This document shows positions 39,309 through 47,944 of a DNA stretch of 64,000 nt, one piece after another. The notes under the pieces were generated by a model, which saw only the letters and a list, made by a program, of their open reading frames with translations, had not been told where the DNA came from and searched no databases. Every line of letters begins with the position of its first letter. Position 1 is the first letter of the stretch. Where the stretch lies: assembly GCA_020845895.1 (NCBI GenBank), contig JADLEX010000047.1, positions 13,073 to 77,072 of the forward strand, in the 5' to 3' direction. The position numbers were made by a program, and so were the translations under genes. The DNA is from Deltaproteobacteria bacterium (GTDB lineage: Bacteria; Lernaellota; Lernaellaia; JACKCT01).

Positions 39309-40802
39309 ATGAATCACGAGTCGCAAAACGGCGTCGTTCCGCATTCCGCGCTTCCCGCCGCGGTCCCGGATTACGTGAGCGTGTGGCGCGTCGCGCGCCA
39401 CCTTCACCGGCTCAATCGACTGCGCCGGCGCGGCGATCGCGAGGCGGTGCTCGCCCTGCAGCGGCAAAACACGCAGCGCCTGCTGCGTTTCGCGCTCGAA
39501 CGTTGCGGCCATTACCGCGACCGCTTCCGCGGCGACGCCGCGTCACCACGCCTTGCCGATTTCGAACCGACGTCGAAGACGGCGCTGATGAACGACTTCG
39601 ACCGCGTTGTCACCGATCCGCATCTGCGCCTCGCGGACCTGCGCCGCTTCGTCGAGGACCCCGGGCGCGTCGGCGAAATCTATCGCGGGCTCTATGTCGC
39701 GGCCCACACGTCGGGCTCGTCGGGGGAGCGCGGCGTCTTCGTCATCGATCAGTTCGGTTGGGAACTCGGGCAGGCGCTCGCCGTCAGCGGCACGGGAATC
39801 CCCGATTTCCGGTGGGGTTGGGCGCGCGCGATGCTCGCCCCGCTGTGGCCGCTCCACGCCGCCACCGTCATTCCGACGGGCGGGCATTTCGCCAGCGTGC
39901 TCATGCCGCGAATCCGCTCGACCTGGACGGATCGCATCGTTCGGATGGACGAGATCGAGATCAGCGAACCCTTCGACGAGATCATCACGAAGATCAACGC
40001 CATGCGTCCCTTCGCGCTCCACTCGTATCCGACGATGCTCGCGGAGCTCGCCAACGCGCGCCTCGACGGACGGCTGAAGGCGCGCCCGTGGATTCTCACC
40101 GCGGGCGGCGAGCCGTTTACGCCCGAGATCGTCGCGCGCGTGCGCCGCGCGTGGCCGGGCATCGTGATCTTCGACATCTACGCCTGCACCGAGGTGCTCT
40201 CGATCGCGCGTTCGTGCCCGCAGGGACGCTATCACGTCAATGAGGATTGGGTCGTCGTCGAAAACGTCGACCACAAAGGCCGCCCGGTGCCCGCGGGCGA
40301 ACGCGGCGACAAGGTCCTGCTCACGCACCTGTTCAACTATCTCATGCCCATCGTTCGTTACGAGATGTCCGACTCGGTGACGTGGGACGAGACGCCCTGC
40401 CCGTGCGGATCGCCGCTCGCCCACGTGCGCATCGAGGGACGAACCAACCACACCCTCGTTCTACCCGGGCAAACCGGCGGCGATGCGCGCCTCGTGCCGC
40501 TGCCGATCCTCGTGGCGTTTCTCGAAGTGCCGAATCTGCGCACCTATCAGGTCGTGCAGACGGGTCCGGGCGCGATCGAAGTGCGTTACGTGCCCGATGT
40601 CGGCGCGTCGCCCGAGCGCGTGGAGGCCGACATCGACCGCGTGCTGCGCGCTCACCTGCGCCGCAACGGCGCGGACGATCGCCGCGTCGCCATGACGAGT
40701 CTGCGCGTCGAGACGATCGAGCGCGACCCGCGAACGCACAAGATCACCCAGGTCGTCAACATGACGGCCGCCGGGACGACGCCGGAGCGGGGGATCGCAT
40801 GA
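39309..40802 (+). CDS. PaaK/coenzyme-F390-synthetase-like adenylate-forming enzyme
   Basis: AHTSGSSGERG phosphate-binding loop analogue of PaaK T(S/T)G(T/S)TGxPK; ~500 aa. Confidence 0.65.
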   Translation: MNHESQNGVVPHSALPAAVPDYVSVWRVARHLHRLNRLRRRGDREAVLALQRQNTQRLLRFALERCGHYRDRFRGDAASPRLADFEPTSKTALMNDFDRVVTDPHLRLADLRRFVEDPGRVGEIYRGLYVAAHTSGSSGERGVFVIDQFGWELGQALAVSGTGIPDFRWGWARAMLAPLWPLHAATVIPTGGHFASVLMPRIRSTWTDRIVRMDEIEISEPFDEIITKINAMRPFALHSYPTMLAELANARLDGRLKARPWILTAGGEPFTPEIVARVRRAWPGIVIFDIYACTEVLSIARSCPQGRYHVNEDWVVVENVDHKGRPVPAGERGDKVLLTHLFNYLMPIVRYEMSDSVTWDETPCPCGSPLAHVRIEGRTNHTLVLPGQTGGDARLVPLPILVAFLEVPNLRTYQVVQTGPGAIEVRYVPDVGASPERVEADIDRVLRAHLRRNGADDRRVAMTSLRVETIERDPRTHKITQVVNMTAAGTTPERGIA

Positions 40803-40821
40803 GCGTGAGGCGGGCGAAAAC

Positions 40822-41277
40822 ATGAGCGTGGGGCGGGTTCTCGCCGTGGATCTCGGCCGCGCGCGAATCGGCATCGCCGTGTCCGACGGACTGCGCCTCG
40901 CGGCGAATCCCGTGTGCGTCGTTCCCTCGCGCGGCGATGAAGCCGATCTGGAAAACGTCGCGCGGCTCGCGAACGAACACGAAGCCGTCGAAATCGTCGT
41001 GGGGCTTCCGCTCAACATGGACGGCACCGAGAGTACGGGGTCGGCGCACGCGCGCGCGTTCGCATTGCGACTCGCCGCGCAAACCGGCAAACCCGTGTGG
41101 CTGATGGATGAGCGCCTCACAAGCGCGGCGGCGGAAAATCTGTTGCTGGCCGAGGGCGTGCGCGGCAAGAAGCGCAAGGCGCGCGTGGACAAGGTGGCCG
41201 CGGCGTTCATCCTTCAGGCGTTCTTGGATCGCCCCGGCGAGGCGGTGCCGACATTCGCGAGCGGAGTGGGATCGTGA
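40822..41277 (+). CDS. ruvX: Holliday-junction resolvase-like RuvX/YqgF
   Basis: VLAVDLGRARIGIAVSD...VGLPLNMDGTES. Confidence 0.85.
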   Translation: MSVGRVLAVDLGRARIGIAVSDGLRLAANPVCVVPSRGDEADLENVARLANEHEAVEIVVGLPLNMDGTESTGSAHARAFALRLAAQTGKPVWLMDERLTSAAAENLLLAEGVRGKKRKARVDKVAAAFILQAFLDRPGEAVPTFASGVGS

Positions 41278-42278
41278 CGGCGCGGCGATTCTTCGCGGGC
41301 GCGCTGGCGCTGGCGGGCTTGCTGGTCGTCGTGACAGGCGTCGCCGCGCATCTGCTCGTCGGTCCCACGGCGCCGGGCGAGCCGGTGCTGGTGGAGATCG
41401 AGCCGGGCACATCGTTCATGCAGATCGCCGCGCGTCTTGAAGACGCTCGGCTCATCCGGTCGCGCACCGGTTTCCTGCTCGTCGCCAAGCTGCGCGGCCA
41501 GGCCGCGCGGCTGCGCGCGGGGGAGTTCGAAATCGCGCGCGGCCAGAGCGCGCTCGCCGTGCTCGAGCACCTCGTGACCAGTCCGGTCGTGCAGCGACGA
41601 CTGACGATCCCCGAGGGCTGGACGGTCCGGCAGATCGCGACGGCGATGATTGACCAGCGCGTGGACGACGCCCCGGCCGTGCGTGCCGCGCTCGCGGACG
41701 GCGCGTTCGCGCGTGCGATGGATGTTCCGGCGGATTCCTTCGAGGGCTACCTGTTTCCCGACACGTATCAGTTCACCAAGGGCTATGGCGCGCGGCGGAT
41801 GATCGAGGCGATGGTTCGGCGATTCTTCGATGTGTACGGCGGGGAGTTTCGCGCGCGCGAACGCGCCGCCGGCCTGACGACGCACCAGGTCGTCACGCTT
41901 GCGAGCATCGTCGAAAAAGAGACCGGCGCGCCGGCGGAACGCCCACTCGTGTCCCGCGTGTTCCTCAACCGCCTCGCGCTCGGGATGCCGCTGCAATCCG
42001 ATCCAACGGTGATCTATGGTCTTGGCGAGCGCTATACGGGCAAGCTTCGGCGCACCGATCTGAGCGAAGCGACGCCGTACAACACCTATCGCATCCCAGC
42101 TCTGCCGCCCGGGCCGATCGCGAGCCCGGGGCGCGAGTCGCTGCGCGCCGTGCTCTGGCCCGCGGAGTCGAACGCGCTTTACTTTGTTTCGCGCAACGAC
42201 GGCACGCACGCGTTTTCGGCGACCTACGCCGAGCACCGCGTTCTTGTCGATCGCTATCAACGGTCGGGGGCGAAGTGA
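41274..42278 (+). CDS. mltG: endolytic murein transglycosylase MltG (YceG family)
   Basis: N-terminal TM helix then YceG domain with LTIPEGW and YLFPDTY motifs. Confidence 0.85.
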   Translation: MTARRFFAGALALAGLLVVVTGVAAHLLVGPTAPGEPVLVEIEPGTSFMQIAARLEDARLIRSRTGFLLVAKLRGQAARLRAGEFEIARGQSALAVLEHLVTSPVVQRRLTIPEGWTVRQIATAMIDQRVDDAPAVRAALADGAFARAMDVPADSFEGYLFPDTYQFTKGYGARRMIEAMVRRFFDVYGGEFRARERAAGLTTHQVVTLASIVEKETGAPAERPLVSRVFLNRLALGMPLQSDPTVIYGLGERYTGKLRRTDLSEATPYNTYRIPALPPGPIASPGRESLRAVLWPAESNALYFVSRNDGTHAFSATYAEHRVLVDRYQRSGAK

Positions 42279-42280
42279 CC

Positions 42281-42340
42281 CTCACCCCGCCTCCGGCACT
42301 CCTCTCCCGTCTGACGGGAGAGCGGACGGGGGTGAGGGCA
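42281..42340. repeat. nested inverted repeat (family B): CCCTCACCCC...CTCTCCCGTC-TGA-GACGGGAGAG...GGGGTGAGGG
   Basis: read directly in mltG / CN-hydrolase intergenic; shares motifs with 13128..13191. Confidence 0.55.
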
Positions 42341-42406
42341 TCGAACTCCTCGACTCCAAGTTCGCTTGCCGCTAATTTGTCGGCGATTCGATTCGGGGAG
42401 CGTGCG

Positions 42407-43249
42407 ATGGCTGATGTGGTGACGGTGGCGGTAGTACAGCAGCGGACGAGCGGCGATTGGGAGAAGGACCGCGACCGGGCCGCGCAGCGGCTGGAATACG
42501 CCGCGTCGCAGAACGCGGTGCTCGCCGTATTCCCGGAACTCTTCGGTTGGAATTGGTTCGCGGACGGGATGGATAAGAACGCGTTTCGTCTCGCCGAAAC
42601 CCTCGACGGGCCGCGCGTCGAGAACTGGCGCGAGCTTGCCCGCGCGCACAAAATCGCGGTCGCCGCGCCGTTGTTTTTGCACGACGGGCAGGGGCTCTAT
42701 CACAATGCCGTGGCCGCAATCGACGCGACCGGCGAGATCCAGGGTGTATATCGCTCGGTGCACGTGCCGCAGATTCCCGGATGGGAAGGAAAATTTTATT
42801 TCGCCGACGGCGACGACTTTCCGGTCTTCACGTTCGACGGCATCCCCATCGGGTTCCTGATCTGTTGGGACTCGTTTTTTCCCGAGGCGTTTCGGGCGCT
42901 CGCCCTGCGCGGCGCGCGCGCGATCGTCGTGCTGACCAGCGCGACCGGCGGCAACGAGGACCTGTGGACGCGCTCGCTCATGGCGAACGCCTTTTTCAAC
43001 GGCGTGTACGTGCTGCGCGCGAACCGCGTGGGCGAGGAGGAACACGTGTCGTTTTGCGGCGCGTCGTTCGCCGCCGCGCCGACCGGCGATCTGCTCGGCG
43101 AGCCGATGGGCGAGGTCGAAGGCGTGGGCCTGTATTCCATCGACCGCAAAGCGGTCGAACTCACGCGGCGCGAATTTCCCTTCCTCAAAGACCGGCGCAC
43201 GCGGGCGTATTTCGATCTCGCCGAATTGGTGGTGAGACGGCGGGAGTAG
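42407..43249 (+). CDS. carbon-nitrogen hydrolase family protein (nitrilase/amidase superfamily)
   Basis: start MADVVTVAVVQQ; catalytic triad context FPELF, K, ICWDSFFPE. Confidence 0.8.
   Translation: MADVVTVAVVQQRTSGDWEKDRDRAAQRLEYAASQNAVLAVFPELFGWNWFADGMDKNAFRLAETLDGPRVENWRELARAHKIAVAAPLFLHDGQGLYHNAVAAIDATGEIQGVYRSVHVPQIPGWEGKFYFADGDDFPVFTFDGIPIGFLICWDSFFPEAFRALALRGARAIVVLTSATGGNEDLWTRSLMANAFFNGVYVLRANRVGEEEHVSFCGASFAAAPTGDLLGEPMGEVEGVGLYSIDRKAVELTRREFPFLKDRRTRAYFDLAELVVRRRE
43197..43241. repeat. left copy of ~45-bp imperfect direct repeat (3' end of CN-hydrolase gene) flanking vapBC
   Basis: CGCACGCGGGCGTATTTCGATCTCGCCGAATTGGTGGTGAGACGG vs right copy CGTACGCGCGCCTATATCGATCTCGCCGAGTTGGTGGTGAGACGC. 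Confidence 0.6.
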
Positions 43250-43275
43250 GGGAGCGGCGGTTCCGCCGCGCGCCC

Positions 43276-43671
43276 TCACACCTTCATAAAACGCCGATCG
43301 GCATGAAGGGCGCGGTCGAAGGTTGCGACGCGCTCGCACCCGGTGGCGATGGCCGATTCGGCGATCAGATAGTCGGAGAAGTCCCCACGCTTCGCGGTGT
43401 AGTTGTCGAGCGCCGTACGCACGCGCCCGGCCGACTCCATCACCACGTGGCGCGCGGCGACGAGGGCGCGGAGCACGCCCGCGATCTCGGCGCGCGAGAA
43501 CCCGTACGCGCGATCGAGCACCCACACGGTTTCGCACAGCACGATGTCGGCGACGAAAAAGCGCTCGCCCGCGGCGATGCCCCGCTCGATCAATGCGCGC
43601 GCCCGGCGCGATTGCGCCGCGTCGTCCGCGACCAGAAAACGGACGAGCACGTTCGTGTCGAGGGCTATCAT
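43276..43671 (-). CDS. vapC: PIN-domain ribonuclease toxin VapC
   Basis: MIALDTNVLVRF...D...E...D acidic PIN residues; 131 aa; overlaps antitoxin gene by 4 nt. Confidence 0.8.
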   Translation of the reverse strand: MIALDTNVLVRFLVADDAAQSRRARALIERGIAAGERFFVADIVLCETVWVLDRAYGFSRAEIAGVLRALVAARHVVMESAGRVRTALDNYTAKRGDFSDYLIAESAIATGCERVATFDRALHADRRFMKV

Positions 43672-43925
43672 CGTTGATCCGCGCCGCCGCGAATCGCCGC
43701 ATCCATCCCCGCGAGCGTGACGCCCTTTTTTCGCGGTCGCAGTTTGCCGTGAAGATCCCGCAGATCGACGGATCCCGCCGCCATTTCCGCCACGCCGTCA
43801 TCGCGCAGTCGAAATGTCACGCGGTCGCCGGTGCCGAGCCGCATCGCGTCGCGAACCGTCTTCGGAATCGTGATCTGCCCCTTGACCGTGAGCTTTGCGC
43901 TCGATGTCGTCCGCGCGTTCGCCAT
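43668..43925 (-). CDS. vapB: AbrB/SpoVT-MazE-type antitoxin VapB
   Basis: KLTVKGQITIPKTVRDAMRLGTGDRVTF swapped-hairpin motif; start MANARTTS preceded by AGGAGG. Confidence 0.7.
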   Translation of the reverse strand: MANARTTSSAKLTVKGQITIPKTVRDAMRLGTGDRVTFRLRDDGVAEMAAGSVDLRDLHGKLRPRKKGVTLAGMDAAIRGGADQR

Positions 43926-44046
43926 GGGAATCCTCCTGGTCCGGTACGTTCTCATGAAATAGTAAGGAATATAGTAAGGAAACGCAAGAACCGTCGGGCT
44001 TGAAGTGTAGCCGGCGGCCTCAATCGTCCATTCGGCCAAGGACACC

Positions 44047-44091
44047 GTACGCGCGCCTATATCGATCTCGCCGAGTTGGTGGTGAGACGCA
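44047..44091. repeat. right copy of direct repeat flanking vapBC; retains coding remnant ...RAYIDLAELVVRRRD*
   Basis: alignment by eye to 43197..43241 (4-5 mismatches); weaker similarity extends ~15 bp further upstream. Confidence 0.6.
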
Positions 44092-44113
44092 GAGATTGAG
44101 CGTCGGTTGTGCG

Positions 44114-46102
44114 TCAGTCGACGAGTTGCCCCAGGACATCGGTGCTGGTGATTTCGCCCGAAAACGGGATCGAGGCCAGCGCGTCGGCCACATCAGGCGG
44201 AATCTGAAACTTGAGCGCCACGTTGCGTTCGTTGACGCCTCCGTAGCCGTGGAATCCGCCGCCGTCGTAACCCAGTTGCAGGTAGTTTTCAAAACCGAGT
44301 TCGCGGCCCTTTTGGGCGAGGATGTCGGCGTTGTCGCCGTCGATCGGCCAGTGGTCGAACAGCGTGGAATAGACCGTGCCGGTGCCGTCGCGGTTGTCGA
44401 CGATCTCGAAAATCCGCGCCTGCTGGGGGAATGAACAGATCGAGGGCGTCTGCACCTCCCAGTATCCCGCGCCCGGATCGCCGCCCGGCTTTGGGTAAGC
44501 CGTCACGTCATTGACGTGGCCGTGGCCAACGAGATGCAGGATCACGTTGGGATGCGCGTTGAGGACGTCCGACATGCGCTGCGTGCCCACAAGCATCAAT
44601 TCCGCGGGGTGGTGGGACGCGACGACGACCAGGACCTTGTCGGCTTCGGCTTCGTCGAGTTCGTCACGCAGCCACTCGAGCTGGCGAATGCTCATTCCGC
44701 CTTCCGAAACGATGGCCGCGTCCATGGTGTCCAGCACGAGCATACGAAGCGGCACGTCGCCGCCGAGATCCACGCGATACCATCCTCCGTCTTGGGCATC
44801 GACGACGTCGTCGCCGTTGTTGTCGGAAAACCCGTGGCCGTGTGCGGCAAAAAGCGGAATGACCCCTTCGGGTCCGAGAAACTCGCGGGCCGAATCGGCG
44901 GCCACATCCACGCCGTCGTCGGTCGGATCCTCGGGAGTGCCCGCGGTGTACAGATCCACGTCGAAACGCGGGTCGATGTCGTTCGTCCATTCGGGATCGA
45001 AGGTCATCAGCCAAAGAATCGATCGCCAATTGATCGGGATGCCGTAAAGGCCGCCCCACGTGTTCACGGTGGCATCGGGATTGTCGATCAGGTATTGCGC
45101 GAGTGCGCCGACGCCGGGGATGAAGCCGAAGCGCGAGCGCGTCCCCACATATTCGGCTGCGGAAAAATATCCAAGCCGCCCGCCGGGCGTGAAACCGCCG
45201 TTGTTGAGGACATCGTGATTGCCGATGGCGAAATACCACGGCAGGGGCTCGCCGTTCGCGCGGCGCAGTCCGCCCGCGCGGAAGTCGGCGTTGGAATTCG
45301 GAAGACCCGCGCGTTCGAAATGGTTGATGTTGTTGCCGTCGGCGTCGGTTTCCTGCGCGCCGAAATGGCGTTCGCCCCGGTTGCGTCCGGTGTCGGGATT
45401 GATGTCGAGATCGCCGCTGTCAGGCCGCGCCCAGCCCGGCATGCCGGAGATGAGGCCCGTGCCGTCGAGGATATCGATCATCAGTTCGATCTCGTTACGC
45501 TGCGCGTTGTCCGCGCCGTCGCCGAGAACGAGGGCGAGATCGAAGTCGCGATCGTAGTCCGTCTGGATTCGGTTGGAGGTTCGGACGATGGCATTGAATT
45601 GCTGCGCCGTCAGATCTTCCTGCGGGCGGAAGACGTATTCGAACATGCCGAAGAGCACCCACCAGGCGTCGAAAAATGTCAGCCGGGTCGGCGATTCCTC
45701 GTCCACGATCTGCGGGTCGGCGATGGAAAGAAAATAGGTGATGGAAAGCGGTTCGGCGCCGCCGGGATCGCGCGTGGGCAAGGCGCCGAGGTCGTTGCGT
45801 TCGATGTGGGGCTCGCCGGGTCCTTCGCCGAGCGCCCACGTGTCGCCGGACTCCGTGGGGATGATGGTCTTGTCGAGGGTCGTGGGAACGATCCCATCAA
45901 AGGGGTCGCCGGTGTCGTCATCGCCCGCATCGTCGTCGATCACATCATCGTCGCTCTGATCGTCGTCGGCCTGGTCGTCATCCACGGTGTCGTCGTCCGC
46001 GTCGTCGTCGGCGTCCGGCGAGTCGTCGTCAGACGAATCGCGTTCGCCGCAACCGGCCGGAATGACGAAACACGCGGCGAGAAAAACGACTGCAAAGCGC
46101 AT
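44114..46102 (-). CDS. lipoprotein with poly-Asp linker and calcineurin-like metallophosphoesterase domain
   Basis: start MRFAVVFLAACFVIPAGCGERDSSDDD... at 46102 (ORF open upstream to 46564); D-rich linker; GHGH/VASHHP/LHLVGHGH metallophosphoesterase-type motifs. Confidence 0.65.
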   Translation of the reverse strand: MRFAVVFLAACFVIPAGCGERDSSDDDSPDADDDADDDTVDDDQADDDQSDDDVIDDDAGDDDTGDPFDGIVPTTLDKTIIPTESGDTWALGEGPGEPHIERNDLGALPTRDPGGAEPLSITYFLSIADPQIVDEESPTRLTFFDAWWVLFGMFEYVFRPQEDLTAQQFNAIVRTSNRIQTDYDRDFDLALVLGDGADNAQRNEIELMIDILDGTGLISGMPGWARPDSGDLDINPDTGRNRGERHFGAQETDADGNNINHFERAGLPNSNADFRAGGLRRANGEPLPWYFAIGNHDVLNNGGFTPGGRLGYFSAAEYVGTRSRFGFIPGVGALAQYLIDNPDATVNTWGGLYGIPINWRSILWLMTFDPEWTNDIDPRFDVDLYTAGTPEDPTDDGVDVAADSAREFLGPEGVIPLFAAHGHGFSDNNGDDVVDAQDGGWYRVDLGGDVPLRMLVLDTMDAAIVSEGGMSIRQLEWLRDELDEAEADKVLVVVASHHPAELMLVGTQRMSDVLNAHPNVILHLVGHGHVNDVTAYPKPGGDPGAGYWEVQTPSICSFPQQARIFEIVDNRDGTGTVYSTLFDHWPIDGDNADILAQKGRELGFENYLQLGYDGGGFHGYGGVNERNVALKFQIPPDVADALASIPFSGEITSTDVLGQLVD

Positions 46103-46188
46103 CGTCACGCGAACCAACCCCAACAGTGATGTGGTTTGATTGTCCCGGTCGTTGGAATCGATGTCAATTGAGCTGGGCGGGTTGATTC

Positions 46189-46992
46189 TTAGATCAACAT
46201 CCGTACGGGATCGTTCTCCACGACATTCGCGAGCGTCCCGATGCCCTCGACCGTAATCTCGACTCGGTCGCCCGCGACAAGCGGGCCGACGCCCGCGGGC
46301 GTGCCCGAGGCGATCACGTCGCCGGGCATGAGCGTCATGACGCGCGAGATGAAGGCGACGAGTTTGGGCACGTCGTGGATCAGGTCGCGTGTGCGGCCGG
46401 ACTGCCGAATTTCGCCGTTCACGCGCGCCTCGACGCCGAGATCCGCGGGGTCGAGTTCGGTTTCGATCCACGGCCCGAATGGGCAGAAGGTGTCGAAACT
46501 TTTCGCTCGGGAAAACTGCACGTCCTTTCGCTGCAGATCGCGGGCGGTCACATCGTTCACGCACGTGTAGCCGAAGATCACCTCGCGCGCGCGGTCCGCG
46601 GGTACGTGTCGGCAGGGTCGCCCGATCACCACGCCGAGTTCCGCCTCGTGATCCACGCGTTCGGAATCCGGCGGACGCAGGATCGTTCCGCCGTGGTTGA
46701 GAACCGCCGACGGGGATTTGAGAAAGATCATTGGTTCCGCCGGCGCGGCCTTGCCCATCTCCGCTGCGTGAGCGTGATAGTTGACGCCGATGCAGACAAT
46801 CTTCGAAGGACGGCAGGGCGTGAGCAACTGCACGGCGGCGAGTTCCAGATCATTCGCGCCGACGGGCTCGGGGCGGTAGACCGGCGCATCGGGCGCGCTC
46901 CACATGAAGGGGTCCTTCACCGGCGCGATCCGATCGCCCGTCAAAATCCCATAGCCCGATCCCGATTCGTGTCGGTAACGAACGATCCGCAT
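46189..46992 (-). CDS. fumarylacetoacetate hydrolase (FAH) family protein
   Basis: 267 aa from MRIVRY; conserved FAH C-terminal fold residues (E..E..D metal site pattern); enclosing 664-aa ORF is GC shadow upstream. Confidence 0.8.
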   Translation of the reverse strand: MRIVRYRHESGSGYGILTGDRIAPVKDPFMWSAPDAPVYRPEPVGANDLELAAVQLLTPCRPSKIVCIGVNYHAHAAEMGKAAPAEPMIFLKSPSAVLNHGGTILRPPDSERVDHEAELGVVIGRPCRHVPADRAREVIFGYTCVNDVTARDLQRKDVQFSRAKSFDTFCPFGPWIETELDPADLGVEARVNGEIRQSGRTRDLIHDVPKLVAFISRVMTLMPGDVIASGTPAGVGPLVAGDRVEITVEGIGTLANVVENDPVRMLI

Positions 46993-47012
46993 CGTGTGCT
47001 CCTTCGGCGGAT

Positions 47013-47852
47013 CTAAAGACCGAGGACGTCGCGCATCGAGTGCAGACCCGGTTCGCGGTTTTGCAGCCACAGCGCCGCGCGCAGCGCGCCGCGCACGAAG
47101 GTCTCGCGGCTCGACGCCCGGTGCGTGAGCGTGACGCGCTCGCCGTCGCCGAGGAAATGCAGATCGTGGTCGCCGACCACGTCGCCGCCGCGCACCGCGA
47201 GCACGCCGATCTTGCCGCTTGATCGTGGGCCGACGTGGCCCTCGCGGCCGAAGACGAAGGCGTCGTCGCCGAGTTCGAGCGACTCGGCCACGGCCCGGGC
47301 GAGCGCGAGCGCGGTGCCTGACGGTGCGTCGACCTTGTGCCGATGATGGGCCTCGACGATCTCCACGTCGAAGTCCTCGCCCAGCACACGCGCGGCGCGT
47401 TTGGCGAGGGCGATGAGCAGATTCACGCCCACCGAGAAATTCGGCGCAAAGACCGTTCGCGTCCCTGCCGCGATGCGCTCGAACTCCGCGAGCTGGTCGC
47501 CCGCGAATCCGGTGGTGCCGCAGACGTAAGGGATATTTCGGTCGGCGCAGATTTTCACGTGCGTCAGCGACGCGTCGGGCGAGGTGAAGTCGATAACGAC
47601 GTTCGCCGCGACGACGCAGTTGAGCAAATCGTTTTCGAGCGAGCAATTGATCGGACGACCGAAGAGTTCGAGGCCGATGTCCTTGCCGACGTGCGGATGG
47701 TCGTGGCGCTCGGTCGCGCCGTAGAGCGCGTAACCGGGCGTTGTGTGCAGCGCGGTGGCGAAGAGCCGCCCCATGCGCCCCAGCGCGCCCGTCACGACGC
47801 CCTTGATGCGCGGTGCCTCGCTCTCGTCCCGCTCGATTTCCATGCTCGACAT
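47013..47852 (-). CDS. dapB: 4-hydroxy-tetrahydrodipicolinate reductase
   Basis: GALGRMG NAD(P)-binding motif, E(A)HHRHKVDAPSGTA signature; start at MSSMEIE with GAGGGG RBS. Confidence 0.85.
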   Translation of the reverse strand: MSSMEIERDESEAPRIKGVVTGALGRMGRLFATALHTTPGYALYGATERHDHPHVGKDIGLELFGRPINCSLENDLLNCVVAANVVIDFTSPDASLTHVKICADRNIPYVCGTTGFAGDQLAEFERIAAGTRTVFAPNFSVGVNLLIALAKRAARVLGEDFDVEIVEAHHRHKVDAPSGTALALARAVAESLELGDDAFVFGREGHVGPRSSGKIGVLAVRGGDVVGDHDLHFLGDGERVTLTHRASSRETFVRGALRAALWLQNREPGLHSMRDVLGL

Positions 47853-47944
47853 GATGAACCCCTCGCGGCGCGGATTTTCCGAAACGGCGCAAAATGTGTC
47901 GGGTTTGGGCTGGCGGGTCAAGTGCGTTCGAAAAGTCGCGAGCG

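Noticed and set aside
40799-40845. 17-bp direct duplication ATGAGCGTG(A/G)GGCGGG at the paaK-like stop / ruvX start
   Set aside because: Too short to interpret; may reflect a small slippage duplication, no evident function.
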